Positions 18,492 through 26,508 of a stretch of DNA of 33,405 nucleotides are shown here, one piece after another. The notes under the pieces were generated by a model. That model worked only from the letters and a program-made list of their open reading frames with translations, had not been told where the DNA came from and made no database searches. A program made the translations under genes and the position numbers. Numbering within the stretch: position 1 is the stretch's first letter; every line of letters begins with the position of its first letter. The stretch spans positions 1-33,405 of the forward strand of contig JBNJDL010000003.1 in NCBI GenBank assembly GCA_051744825.1, given 5' to 3'. This DNA comes from Bacillota bacterium (lineage in GTDB: Bacteria > Bacillota > Halanaerobiia > Halanaerobiales > DATFIM01).

Positions 18492-18656
18492 ATGACTTGT
18501 AAAGTTTGTGGTAAAGAAATTAAGAGAGGGAGTTTATGCTCTGATTGTAGGAAGCAAGTTGATTTTTTAAGTAGTGAAATGACAAGTTCTAAAAAGAAAA
18601 TTAATTTAAAATTTGATGAGCATAGATTTTTTACACGTGAAAGTTATAGTAAATAA
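18492..18656 (+). CDS. Small (54 aa) CxxC-x9-CxxC zinc-finger protein, similar to the YvyF C-terminal domain
   Basis: SD AGGAGGG, then MTCKVCGKEIKRGSLCSDCRKQVDFLSSEMTSSKKKINLKFDEHRFFTRESYSK*. Below the size of the ORFs in the track. Confidence 0.8.
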   Translation: MTCKVCGKEIKRGSLCSDCRKQVDFLSSEMTSSKKKINLKFDEHRFFTRESYSK

Positions 18657-18685
18657 AATTTGCTTAATTAGTGAAAAAAATCACG

Positions 18686-19456
18686 TTATTTTAAGTATTG
18701 ATATATTTCAATTAAAAATTTTAAGACTTCTTTTGGATTATTGAGGTAATAGTCTGTTTTATTACTCATTTTTTCATTGTTTTTCACATAAATAGATAAT
18801 CCTTCAATATAAGGAAAAGCATCTTCATCAGTTGTATCATCACCTATATAGATATCAAAATAATTTATATTTTGATATCTTTTCTTTTTTATTAAATTTA
18901 CTGCTTTTCCCTTATTCCAATTTTTTGGACGAATTTCAATTATTTTTCTTCCCTCTATAATTTCATATTTATCTTTATTTATTATTTCTTCACAAAAATT
19001 ATTCAATTCTTTTTTATTAGAAAAATTTTTTCTATAATGTATAGATAAAACATATTTCTTATTTTCAATATAGAGAGCATTTTTATCAATTTCATATTTA
19101 TATTTTTTTTGTATTTTTTTTATGTAGTTTTGAATATCTTTTTTACTTAATTTATCTAGTTTAAAATCAGGCATTTCTAAACCATGAAGGCCAGCATAAT
19201 TAATATTATTTATTTTCACCATTTCTTTTAAATCATCTAATTGCCTTCCAGAAATCATAAAGATATCAATTTTATTTAATTCGTTTAATTTTTTAATTAT
19301 TTTTTTAGTTTCAGGGGACATAATTGCTTTTTTGGGATTTTTATGAAAATTAGCAAGGGTACCATCATAATCAAGAAAAAAGAGAATTTTTTCCTTTGTT
19401 AATAAATTCTTTTTTAAAAAGTTAAAATTTTCTTTTTCTAATATATTTTTACTCAT
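18686..19456 (-). CDS. otsB: Trehalose-6-phosphate phosphatase (HAD IIB)
   Basis: FLDYDGTL, ISGR, YAGLHGLE, IHYR, EIRP..NKGKAV, YIGDDTTDEDAF; SD GGAGGTG. Confidence 0.9.
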   Translation of the reverse strand: MSKNILEKENFNFLKKNLLTKEKILFFLDYDGTLANFHKNPKKAIMSPETKKIIKKLNELNKIDIFMISGRQLDDLKEMVKINNINYAGLHGLEMPDFKLDKLSKKDIQNYIKKIQKKYKYEIDKNALYIENKKYVLSIHYRKNFSNKKELNNFCEEIINKDKYEIIEGRKIIEIRPKNWNKGKAVNLIKKKRYQNINYFDIYIGDDTTDEDAFPYIEGLSIYVKNNEKMSNKTDYYLNNPKEVLKFLIEIYQYLK

Positions 19457-19477
19457 TTCCCCACCTCCAATTTTAAT

Positions 19478-19506
19478 TAGAAAAGTTATATAATAACTGT
19501 TATAAT
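19478..19506 (+). promoter_or_regulatory. Possible extended -10 sigma-A promoter for the MBL-fold gene
   Basis: TAGAAA-N17-TATAAT (19501-19506), with TG at 19498-19499. Confidence 0.45.
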
Positions 19507-19555
19507 AAATATATCATAATTACTATAAATGTTAAAATTAATAGGAGGTATTTTT

Positions 19556-20749
19556 TTGCTTAAAAAATCTAAAATTTTTAATTTGAAACAAAAAGTTATT
19601 ATTCTATTATTCGTTATTAGTTTTTTTCTTTTTTTATTTAACAGTGATTTTGTAAATGCTAGTCAATTAACAACTCATTTTATAGATGTAGACCAAGGAG
19701 ATGCTACATTAATAGAATTACCTAATCAAGAAATTATGTTAATAGATGGAGGTAAAAAGAGTCAAGAAAATAATTTAATAAATTATCTCGATAAATTTGA
19801 TATAGAAAAAATTGATTATTTAATTGGAACTCACCCTCATGCAGATCACATTGGTGGTTTAGCATCAGTTATTAATAACTATAAAATAGGGAATATATAC
19901 TTGCCTGAAGTAATGCATACTAGCAAAACTTATGAAAACTTACTTTTAACTATTAAAGATAAAGGAAAAAAGATAAAAAGAGCCTCTTCAGATTTGAAGA
20001 TAATTGACAATGATAATTTGAAAATAGAGATATTTTCTCCTCAGGAGAAAGAATATTCGAATTTAAATAATTATTCTATAGTATTAAAAATTGATTTTGA
20101 GCAAAGTTCCTTTCTTTTTACTGGAGATATTGAAAAAGAAGTAGAAAGAGAATTGATTAATTCAGATTATGATTTGAATAGTGATTTATTTAAAGTTAGT
20201 CATCATGGAAGTGATTCTTCTTCAAGTTATGAATTTATAGAAAAAATTTCTCCCAAATTTGCTGTTATTTCTGTTGGAAAGGATAACAGCTATGGCCATC
20301 CAAGTAGTGAAGTTATAAATTCTTTGCAAAGTATAGGAGCTCAAGTATATAGAACAGATAATGAAGGTACAATAGTTGCTACAAGTGATGGCAAAGAAAT
20401 TAAAATTAATAAAGAAGCTCAGTCCCTAAAAAAACAACTACAAAAAGAAGAGCAAATATTTATTCAAAAACTTGATTGTGAAGAAGAATTATTAGTATTA
20501 AAAAATAATAGAGATAAAAATGTTGATTTGAGTAATTGGAAAATCATTAGTGTAGTTGGTAATCAAGAATTTATTTTTCCTGAAAATACTATTATAAAAT
20601 TTGATGAAATTATTAAAATAAAAAGTGGACGTTATGCTAAAAAAGGTAGTAATACTTTGATATGGTCTAAAGCATATATATGGAATGATGATGGAGATAA
20701 GGCTGAATTATATAATAATAAAGGAGCGTTAATTGATAGTACTAAATAA
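19556..20749 (+). CDS. Exported ComEC/Rec2-type MBL-fold hydrolase with a C-terminal lamin-tail domain
   Basis: Signal-like N-terminus; DVDQGDA, THPHADHIGG, FTGD, KVSHHGS, YGHP, YRTD; C-terminal 'VDLSNWKI...IWNDDGDKAEL'. No ComEC membrane domain. Start moved to TTG 19556 after AGGAGGT. Confidence 0.87.
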   Translation: MLKKSKIFNLKQKVIILLFVISFFLFLFNSDFVNASQLTTHFIDVDQGDATLIELPNQEIMLIDGGKKSQENNLINYLDKFDIEKIDYLIGTHPHADHIGGLASVINNYKIGNIYLPEVMHTSKTYENLLLTIKDKGKKIKRASSDLKIIDNDNLKIEIFSPQEKEYSNLNNYSIVLKIDFEQSSFLFTGDIEKEVERELINSDYDLNSDLFKVSHHGSDSSSSYEFIEKISPKFAVISVGKDNSYGHPSSEVINSLQSIGAQVYRTDNEGTIVATSDGKEIKINKEAQSLKKQLQKEEQIFIQKLDCEEELLVLKNNRDKNVDLSNWKIISVVGNQEFIFPENTIIKFDEIIKIKSGRYAKKGSNTLIWSKAYIWNDDGDKAELYNNKGALIDSTK

Positions 20750-20756
20750 AAATATG

Positions 20757-20788
20757 AAGCCGAGGTTAAGGTTATTACTCCTCGGCTT
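20757..20788. terminator. Probable bidirectional terminator
   Basis: AAGCCGAGG (20757-20765) and CCTCGGCTT (20780-20788) form a 9-bp stem with a 14-nt loop between convergent genes. Confidence 0.75.
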
Positions 20789-20796
20789 TAGTTTGT

Positions 20797-21585
20797 TTAT
20801 CTTCTAAAGGTAGGTATTTTTTCTTTGTCTTCAGCAGCTTCAGTTAGCTCTTTAACTCGATTTATATCTTTTTGATCAAATTCATCTAAATTTTCATTAT
20901 TTTCCATAGCTTCATAAATTGCATCTAAATTTTCATATGTTATTCCAAATTCCTTTTCATCTCTATCACTTTCATCACCGCGGCATCCTCCAGAAGGAGC
21001 TCTATTAATTATTTCTTCAGGTACACCTAGCTGTTCTGCTAATTCCCATACTTCAGTTTTGCTCAAGTCTCCAATAGGTCTCATATCTGTTGCCCCATCG
21101 CCATATAGAGTATAGTAACCGACTTTTATTTCACTTTTATTACTAGTCCCCATAACAACATAATTTAACTTTTCAGCAATGTAATAGAGGGCCATCATTC
21201 TCAAACGAGTTTGAATATTTTGATCTGCTGGGTTTGGAGTAGGTATTTTGGTTTGAGGCCAGTATTCTCTTTTAACTTCCTCTAAATCTATACTTTTAAA
21301 AGTGTTTTCTAAAGCTTCATTTGCTTCTTTCATATTCACTTTTATAGTTTCCATATCAAATTTATCTGCTAATTTTTCTGCATATTCAACATCTTTAGTA
21401 ATTGTTCCATCTGCAGGAAGCATGACTCCAAGGCAGTTTTCACCAAATGCTTTTTTAGACAATGCACCGACAACTGAAGAATCTATACCTCCACTTAAGC
21501 CTATAACAGCTCCATTAGCATCTCTTTTCTCAACTTCTTTTTTCATCCATTCTTGTATTTCTTCACTTAAATTTTCTTTAACCAT
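20797..21585 (-). CDS. nadE: NH3-dependent NAD+ synthetase family protein (divergent)
   Basis: GLSGGIDS, RLRM, GTSNKSE..GYYTLYGDG, KTEVWELA; no glutaminase domain; SD AAGGAGGT. Confidence 0.9.
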   Translation of the reverse strand: MVKENLSEEIQEWMKKEVEKRDANGAVIGLSGGIDSSVVGALSKKAFGENCLGVMLPADGTITKDVEYAEKLADKFDMETIKVNMKEANEALENTFKSIDLEEVKREYWPQTKIPTPNPADQNIQTRLRMMALYYIAEKLNYVVMGTSNKSEIKVGYYTLYGDGATDMRPIGDLSKTEVWELAEQLGVPEEIINRAPSGGCRGDESDRDEKEFGITYENLDAIYEAMENNENLDEFDQKDINRVKELTEAAEDKEKIPTFRR

Positions 21586-21608
21586 AATTGAATTACCTCC
21601 TTAATTTC

Positions 21609-21623
21609 TAATCATGATTATCA
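21609..21623. promoter_or_regulatory. Fur-family-like operator in the nadE leader
   Basis: Minus strand TGATAATCATGATTA is a 12/14 match to the 7-1-7 TGATAATnATTATCA. It contains the perfect palindrome TAATCATGATTA (21609-21620). Confidence 0.4.
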
Positions 21624-21635
21624 AATCTGTTAAAT

Positions 21636-21664
21636 ATTATAGTGTAGATGAGCGGCTTTGTCAA
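21636..21664 (-). promoter_or_regulatory. Consensus sigma-A promoter of nadE
   Basis: Minus strand TTGACA (21664-21659)-N17-TATAAT (21641-21636), a perfect consensus. Confidence 0.85.
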
Positions 21665-21901
21665 GCTATATATAGATATTTTAGGCTATTATGTAAAATT
21701 AGCTACTATATTCTTTGAATGTTATATTATTATACACATATTTTTAGGATTATACATTTATGATGTAAATATTTAACTGAAAAATTACTAAAGATAAAAG
21801 TATAATTTAAAAGGTAATTTGTTAACTAAAAACTTTATAAAAATTCATTTTTTGCAGGATATAATAATAAAATCAAGAATATTTGTTATGGATGCTTAAA
21901 A

Positions 21902-21930
21902 TTGTTAAAATATAGTTATAAAATTATACT
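21902..21930 (+). promoter_or_regulatory. Possible sigma-A promoter of nfnAB-folD-xseAB-ispA
   Basis: TTGTTA-N17-TATACT just upstream of SD AAGGAGG (21941-21947). Confidence 0.4.
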
Positions 21931-21954
21931 ATCAATATATAAGGAGGATTTTTA

Positions 21955-22776
21955 ATGTATAAAATATTAGAAAAAGAAGAGTTAGCACCTGCTATAAAGA
22001 AAGTTAAGGTTAAAGCACCTTTAATAGCAGAAAAAACTAAACCTGGTAATTTTATAGTATTACGTGTGAATGAAGAAGGAGAGAGAATTCCTTTAACTGT
22101 AGCTGATTATGAGCGAGATACAGGTATAATTTCAATTATTTTTCAAGAGGTTGGTTATACTACAAAATTATTAGGTACGCTTGAAGTCGGAGACTATATT
22201 GAAGATATAGTAGGTCCTTTAGGTCAACACATAGATGTTGAAGGATATAATAAAGTAGTTTTATTAGGTGGAGGTTCTGGAACTGCTCTCTTATATCCTA
22301 AGGTCAAAGCTTTTTATGAAACGGGGGCAGAAGTTCATGCTATTACTGGAGCAAGAACAAAAAATTTAATTATTTTAGAAGAAGAGTTAAAAGAAAATAG
22401 TGATGAATTGTATATTGCTACAGATGATGGTAGTTACGGTCATCATGGATTTGTTACTGATATTTTAGCTGATTTGATTGAAAATGAAGAAATAGATTTA
22501 GTAATGGCTATAGGACCTGTTCCAATGATGAAAGCAGTGGCAGATATGACTAGAAAAGAAAAAATCAAAACTATAGTAAGTTTAAATTCATTAATGGTTG
22601 ATGGTACAGGTATGTGTGGTGCCTGTAGAGTAACTGTTGGTGGAGAAACTAAATTTACTTGTGTAGATGGCCCAGCTTTTGATGCACACAAAGTAGATTT
22701 TGATGAGTTAATGAGTAGGCTAAATTTCTATGAAGAAGAGGAAGAAAGAATTCTTGAGGAAGGAGAGGTGAACTAA
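21955..22776 (+). CDS. nfnA: Electron-bifurcating transhydrogenase small subunit NfnA (PyrK-like FAD/2Fe-2S)
   Basis: GERIPLTVAD, GPLG, TDDGSYG, GPVPMMK, MVDGTGMCGACR...CVDGP. Confidence 0.9.
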   Translation: MYKILEKEELAPAIKKVKVKAPLIAEKTKPGNFIVLRVNEEGERIPLTVADYERDTGIISIIFQEVGYTTKLLGTLEVGDYIEDIVGPLGQHIDVEGYNKVVLLGGGSGTALLYPKVKAFYETGAEVHAITGARTKNLIILEEELKENSDELYIATDDGSYGHHGFVTDILADLIENEEIDLVMAIGPVPMMKAVADMTRKEKIKTIVSLNSLMVDGTGMCGACRVTVGGETKFTCVDGPAFDAHKVDFDELMSRLNFYEEEEERILEEGEVN

Positions 22777-22778
22777 GA

Positions 22779-24179
22779 ATGGCTTTACAAAAAGAAAAAA
22801 CACCAATGAAGGCTCAAGATGCTGATAAAAGAATAAATAATTTTGAAGAAGTTCCTCTAGGTTATAGTGATGAAGAGGCAATGCAGGAAGCAGAGCGTTG
22901 CTTGCAATGTGAACATCAGCCCTGTGTAGATGGTTGCCCTGTAAGTGTTCCTATTCCTCAATTTATTAAAAAAGTCAAAGAAGGGGAATTTAGTGAAGCA
23001 AATAAAATAATAAAATCAAAAAATAATTTACCTGCAGTATGTGGTAGAGTATGTCCTCAAGAAGAACAGTGTGAAGAAGTTTGTGTTATGGGTGAAAAAT
23101 TTGAGCCAGTTGCTATAGGACGTTTAGAAAGATTTGTTTCAGATAAAGCTTTAGAGAATGAAGAAGAAAATAAAGATAAAATAGAAGAAGAAAATTTAAA
23201 AAATAAATTAGATAAAAAAGTAGCTGTAGTTGGAGCTGGACCAGCTGGTCTAACAGCTGCTGCAGATTTAGCAAAGGAAGGTTTTGAAGTAACTCTCTTT
23301 GAAGCTTTACACAAAACCGGGGGAGTGCTTCGTTATGGTATACCTCAATTTCGTTTGCCAAAAGAAATAGTAGATCAAGAAGTTGAACTAATTAAAGAAT
23401 TAGGTGTAGAAATTAAATTAAATACTATAATTGGTAAAACTATGACAGTTGATGAACTTTTTGAAAATGGTTATGAAGCTGTTTTTATTGGGGCAGGAGC
23501 AGGTTTGCCTCGTTTTTTAGGTATTGATGGAGAAAATCTAAATGGAGTTTATTCTGCAAATGAGTATTTAACTAGAGTAAATTTAATGAAAGCCTATAAA
23601 TTTCCGAAATATAAAACACCAATAAAAGTTGGCGACAGAGTTGCAGTAATTGGTGGAGGAAATGTAGCCATGGATTCTGCTAGAACTGCTAAAAGATTAG
23701 GAGCAAAAGAGGTTATGGTAGTTTATCGTCGCTCTGAAGAACAAATGCCAGCTAGAGATGAAGAAATTGAGCATGCCAAAGAAGAAGGAATAGAATTTGA
23801 ATTATTAAATAACCCAATTGCATTTCACGGTCAAGAGGGTAAATTAACTCAAATGGAATGTATAGAAATGGAACTAGGAGAAAAAGATGATTCTGGTAGG
23901 AGAAGACCTATTGCAATTGAAGATTCTAATTGGATGTTAGATGTAGATATTGCAATTATTGCTATTGGTCAAAGTCCAAACCCAGTACTGACTGAAAATA
24001 CTCGAGGTCTTGAGACAAAGTCTTGGGGTGGCATAGTCGTTGATGATAAGCTGCAAACTACTAGAGAAGGAGTTTTTGCTGGAGGAGATGTAGTTACAGG
24101 TGCAGCTACTGTTATAAAAGCAATGGGAGCAGGTAAAGAAGGAGCAAAAAATATTAAAGAATATCTTGAAGAAAAATAA
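22779..24179 (+). CDS. nfnB: Transhydrogenase large subunit NfnB (GltD-like, often annotated as NADPH glutamate synthase)
   Basis: RCLQC..PCVDGCPV, CGRVCPQEEQCE, GAGPAG, GGGNVAMDSAR, FAGGDVVTGAATVI; paired with nfnA and no gltB nearby. Confidence 0.9.
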   Translation: MALQKEKTPMKAQDADKRINNFEEVPLGYSDEEAMQEAERCLQCEHQPCVDGCPVSVPIPQFIKKVKEGEFSEANKIIKSKNNLPAVCGRVCPQEEQCEEVCVMGEKFEPVAIGRLERFVSDKALENEEENKDKIEEENLKNKLDKKVAVVGAGPAGLTAAADLAKEGFEVTLFEALHKTGGVLRYGIPQFRLPKEIVDQEVELIKELGVEIKLNTIIGKTMTVDELFENGYEAVFIGAGAGLPRFLGIDGENLNGVYSANEYLTRVNLMKAYKFPKYKTPIKVGDRVAVIGGGNVAMDSARTAKRLGAKEVMVVYRRSEEQMPARDEEIEHAKEEGIEFELLNNPIAFHGQEGKLTQMECIEMELGEKDDSGRRRPIAIEDSNWMLDVDIAIIAIGQSPNPVLTENTRGLETKSWGGIVVDDKLQTTREGVFAGGDVVTGAATVIKAMGAGKEGAKNIKEYLEEK

Positions 24180-24192
24180 AAGGGGGATTATG

Positions 24193-25050
24193 ATGTCAGC
24201 AAAAATAATTGATGGAAGTAAAATTGCTAATGAGATAAAAAAAGATTTAAAAAAAGAAGTTAAAAAATTAAAAGATGAAGGAAGGGCACCAGGACAAGCA
24301 ACTATTTTAATTGGAGATGATCCAGCAGCTAAAGCTTATGTAAACATGAAGAAAAAGGTTGCAAAAAATCTTGGAATTGAATCTTATCTTCATCATTTAG
24401 ATAGTGATATAAGTGAAAAGGAATTATTAAATTTAATATATGATATTAACAATGATTGTAGTGTTGATGGATTATTAATACAATTGCCATTACCAGAACA
24501 TATTGATGAAAATAAGGTTATTGAAAGTATGGACCCTACTAAAGATATTGATGGATTTCATCCTTTAAATACTGGTCGTTTATTTAGCAATTTAGATAAC
24601 AAACTCCACTTTGTGCCCTGTACCCCAGCTGGAGCAATGGAATTAATTAAAAGTACAGGAGTAAAAATAAAAGGAAAAAAGGCGGTAATGGTAGGTCATA
24701 GTAATATAGTTGGTAAACCAGCTGCTCATCTACTTTTAGATGAATTTGCAACTGTAACTGTTTGTCATATTCACACTAAAGACCTTGCTCATGAAACCAA
24801 AGAGGCTGATATTTTAATAAGTGCTGCTGGAAAAGCAAATTTAATAACTGCTGATATGGTAAAAGAAGGTGCAATAGTAATTGATATAGGAATTAATAAA
24901 GTAGATGGTGAAATTACAGGTGATGTTGATTTTGATGCAGTTAAGGAAAAAGCAAGTTATATAACTCCAGTTCCAGGAGGAGCAGGACCAATGACTATAG
25001 CTATGTTAATGAAAAATACTGTAGAAGCTAGAAAATATCATGGTGTATAA
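24193..25050 (+). CDS. folD: Methylene-THF dehydrogenase/cyclohydrolase
   Basis: YxxxK, QLPLP, KDIDGFHP, PCTP, SNIVGKP, ITPVPGGAGPMT. Start ATG 24193 (or 24190) after AGGGGG. Confidence 0.96.
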   Translation: MSAKIIDGSKIANEIKKDLKKEVKKLKDEGRAPGQATILIGDDPAAKAYVNMKKKVAKNLGIESYLHHLDSDISEKELLNLIYDINNDCSVDGLLIQLPLPEHIDENKVIESMDPTKDIDGFHPLNTGRLFSNLDNKLHFVPCTPAGAMELIKSTGVKIKGKKAVMVGHSNIVGKPAAHLLLDEFATVTVCHIHTKDLAHETKEADILISAAGKANLITADMVKEGAIVIDIGINKVDGEITGDVDFDAVKEKASYITPVPGGAGPMTIAMLMKNTVEARKYHGV

Positions 25051-25052
25051 AA

Positions 25053-26267
25053 ATGGCTCATAAAATTTATTCAGTTTCAGAATTGAACAAATACATTAAT
25101 CAAAAATTAAAGTCAGATGAAATATTAAGTGATCTTTATATAAAAGGTGAAATTTCTAATTTTTATCATCATAATTCAGGACATATGTATTTTACAATAA
25201 AAGATGAAAATTCTGCTGTAAAAGCAGTTATGTTTAAGAGTAATAACAAAAATTTAAAATATGAATTAAAAGATGGTTTAAAAGTTACTGCTTATGGTTA
25301 TGTTGCTGTCTATGAACCTCGTGGTGAATATCAATTTTATGTTAGTGATATTAATCCAGAAGGAAAGGGAAGCCTGTTTTTAGCCTTTGAACAATTAAAA
25401 GAAAAATTAGAAAAAGAAGGACTTTTTGCTGATGAAGCCAAAAAAGAAATTCCACTTATTCCAAAAAAAATTGCAGTAATAACTTCTCCTACCGGAGCAG
25501 CAATTAGAGATATTTTATCTGTAGTAAAAAGGAGATTCAAAAATGTTTCAGTTTTAATTGTTCCATCTTTGGTTCAAGGAGATAAGGCTGCTTCAGATAT
25601 AGTGTCTGCCTTTGATTATTTAAATAATAGAAAAGATATAGATTTAATAATATTAAGCAGAGGTGGAGGCTCAATTGAGCAATTATGGCCTTTTAATGAG
25701 GAAGAAGTTGCGAGGGCCATCTATAATACTGATATCCCTGTTATAAGCGGAGTAGGTCACGAAACTGATTTTAGTATATCAGATTTTGTAGCTGATTTGA
25801 GAGCTCCTACTCCTTCAGCTGCAGCCGAATTGGCTATTTCAAATAAAGTTGAATTAGATAATAAAATTGATAATTTAAGTTCACGCTTAGAAAATTCTAT
25901 AAAAGTAAAGTTAGAAAATAGTAAAGAAAAATTAGATTCTCTAAAAGAAAAGCAAGTTTTTAATAGACCAGAAAAGCTATTTGCTAATGAAATACAGAAA
26001 TTAGATAATTTATCTATGAAATTACAATGGAATATAGAAAAAAATATCTCTAATGCTAAGAGAAAATTTAATTTATTAAATAGCAAATTAGATAGCTTAA
26101 GTCCCTTAAAGACAATTAAAAGAGGTTATAGTGTTCTTTTAGATGAAAATAAAAATACAGTTAAAAGCATTGAAGATATAAAAAAAGGAGATAAAATTTA
26201 TAACAAATTAATTGATGGAAAAATAGAGAGTAAAATTTTGACTAAAGAAGGTGAAAATCTTGAATAA
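25053..26267 (+). CDS. xseA: Exodeoxyribonuclease VII large subunit
   Basis: GEISNF, SGHMYFT, TSPTGAAIRD, RGGGS, GVGHETD, RAPTPSAAAE. Confidence 0.97.
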   Translation: MAHKIYSVSELNKYINQKLKSDEILSDLYIKGEISNFYHHNSGHMYFTIKDENSAVKAVMFKSNNKNLKYELKDGLKVTAYGYVAVYEPRGEYQFYVSDINPEGKGSLFLAFEQLKEKLEKEGLFADEAKKEIPLIPKKIAVITSPTGAAIRDILSVVKRRFKNVSVLIVPSLVQGDKAASDIVSAFDYLNNRKDIDLIILSRGGGSIEQLWPFNEEEVARAIYNTDIPVISGVGHETDFSISDFVADLRAPTPSAAAELAISNKVELDNKIDNLSSRLENSIKVKLENSKEKLDSLKEKQVFNRPEKLFANEIQKLDNLSMKLQWNIEKNISNAKRKFNLLNSKLDSLSPLKTIKRGYSVLLDENKNTVKSIEDIKKGDKIYNKLIDGKIESKILTKEGENLE

Positions 26268-26505
26268 TAAAAAGAAAGATATTCAATTTGAAAAAGCATT
26301 AAATCAACTTGAGGAAATAGTAGAAAAACTTGAGTCTGGTGAACTTAGTTTAGAAGAATCTCTCAATAATTTTTCTGAAGGTGTAAAGTTAATAAATTAT
26401 TGTCGCAATGAATTAAATAAAGCAGAAGAAAAAGTGGAAGAAGTTTTAAAGGATAATAAAGGAGAATTTGGCGAAGTAGTCTCCTTTGATGATAAGGAGG
26501 AATAG
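26260..26505 (+). CDS. xseB: Exodeoxyribonuclease VII small subunit
   Basis: FEKALNQLEEIVEKLESGELSLEES. Start TTG 26260 or GTG 26251. Confidence 0.95.
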   Translation: MNNKKKDIQFEKALNQLEEIVEKLESGELSLEESLNNFSEGVKLINYCRNELNKAEEKVEEVLKDNKGEFGEVVSFDDKEE

Positions 26506-26508
26506 AAG

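Noticed and set aside
21665-21900. Rex box expected upstream of nfnAB
   Set aside because: Only TTGTTAA half-sites are present; no complete TTGTTAA-N4-TTAACAA-type palindrome was found.
22779-24179. Call as glutamate synthase small subunit
   Set aside because: No large subunit nearby, and the gene is paired with a PyrK-like partner, the NfnAB arrangement.
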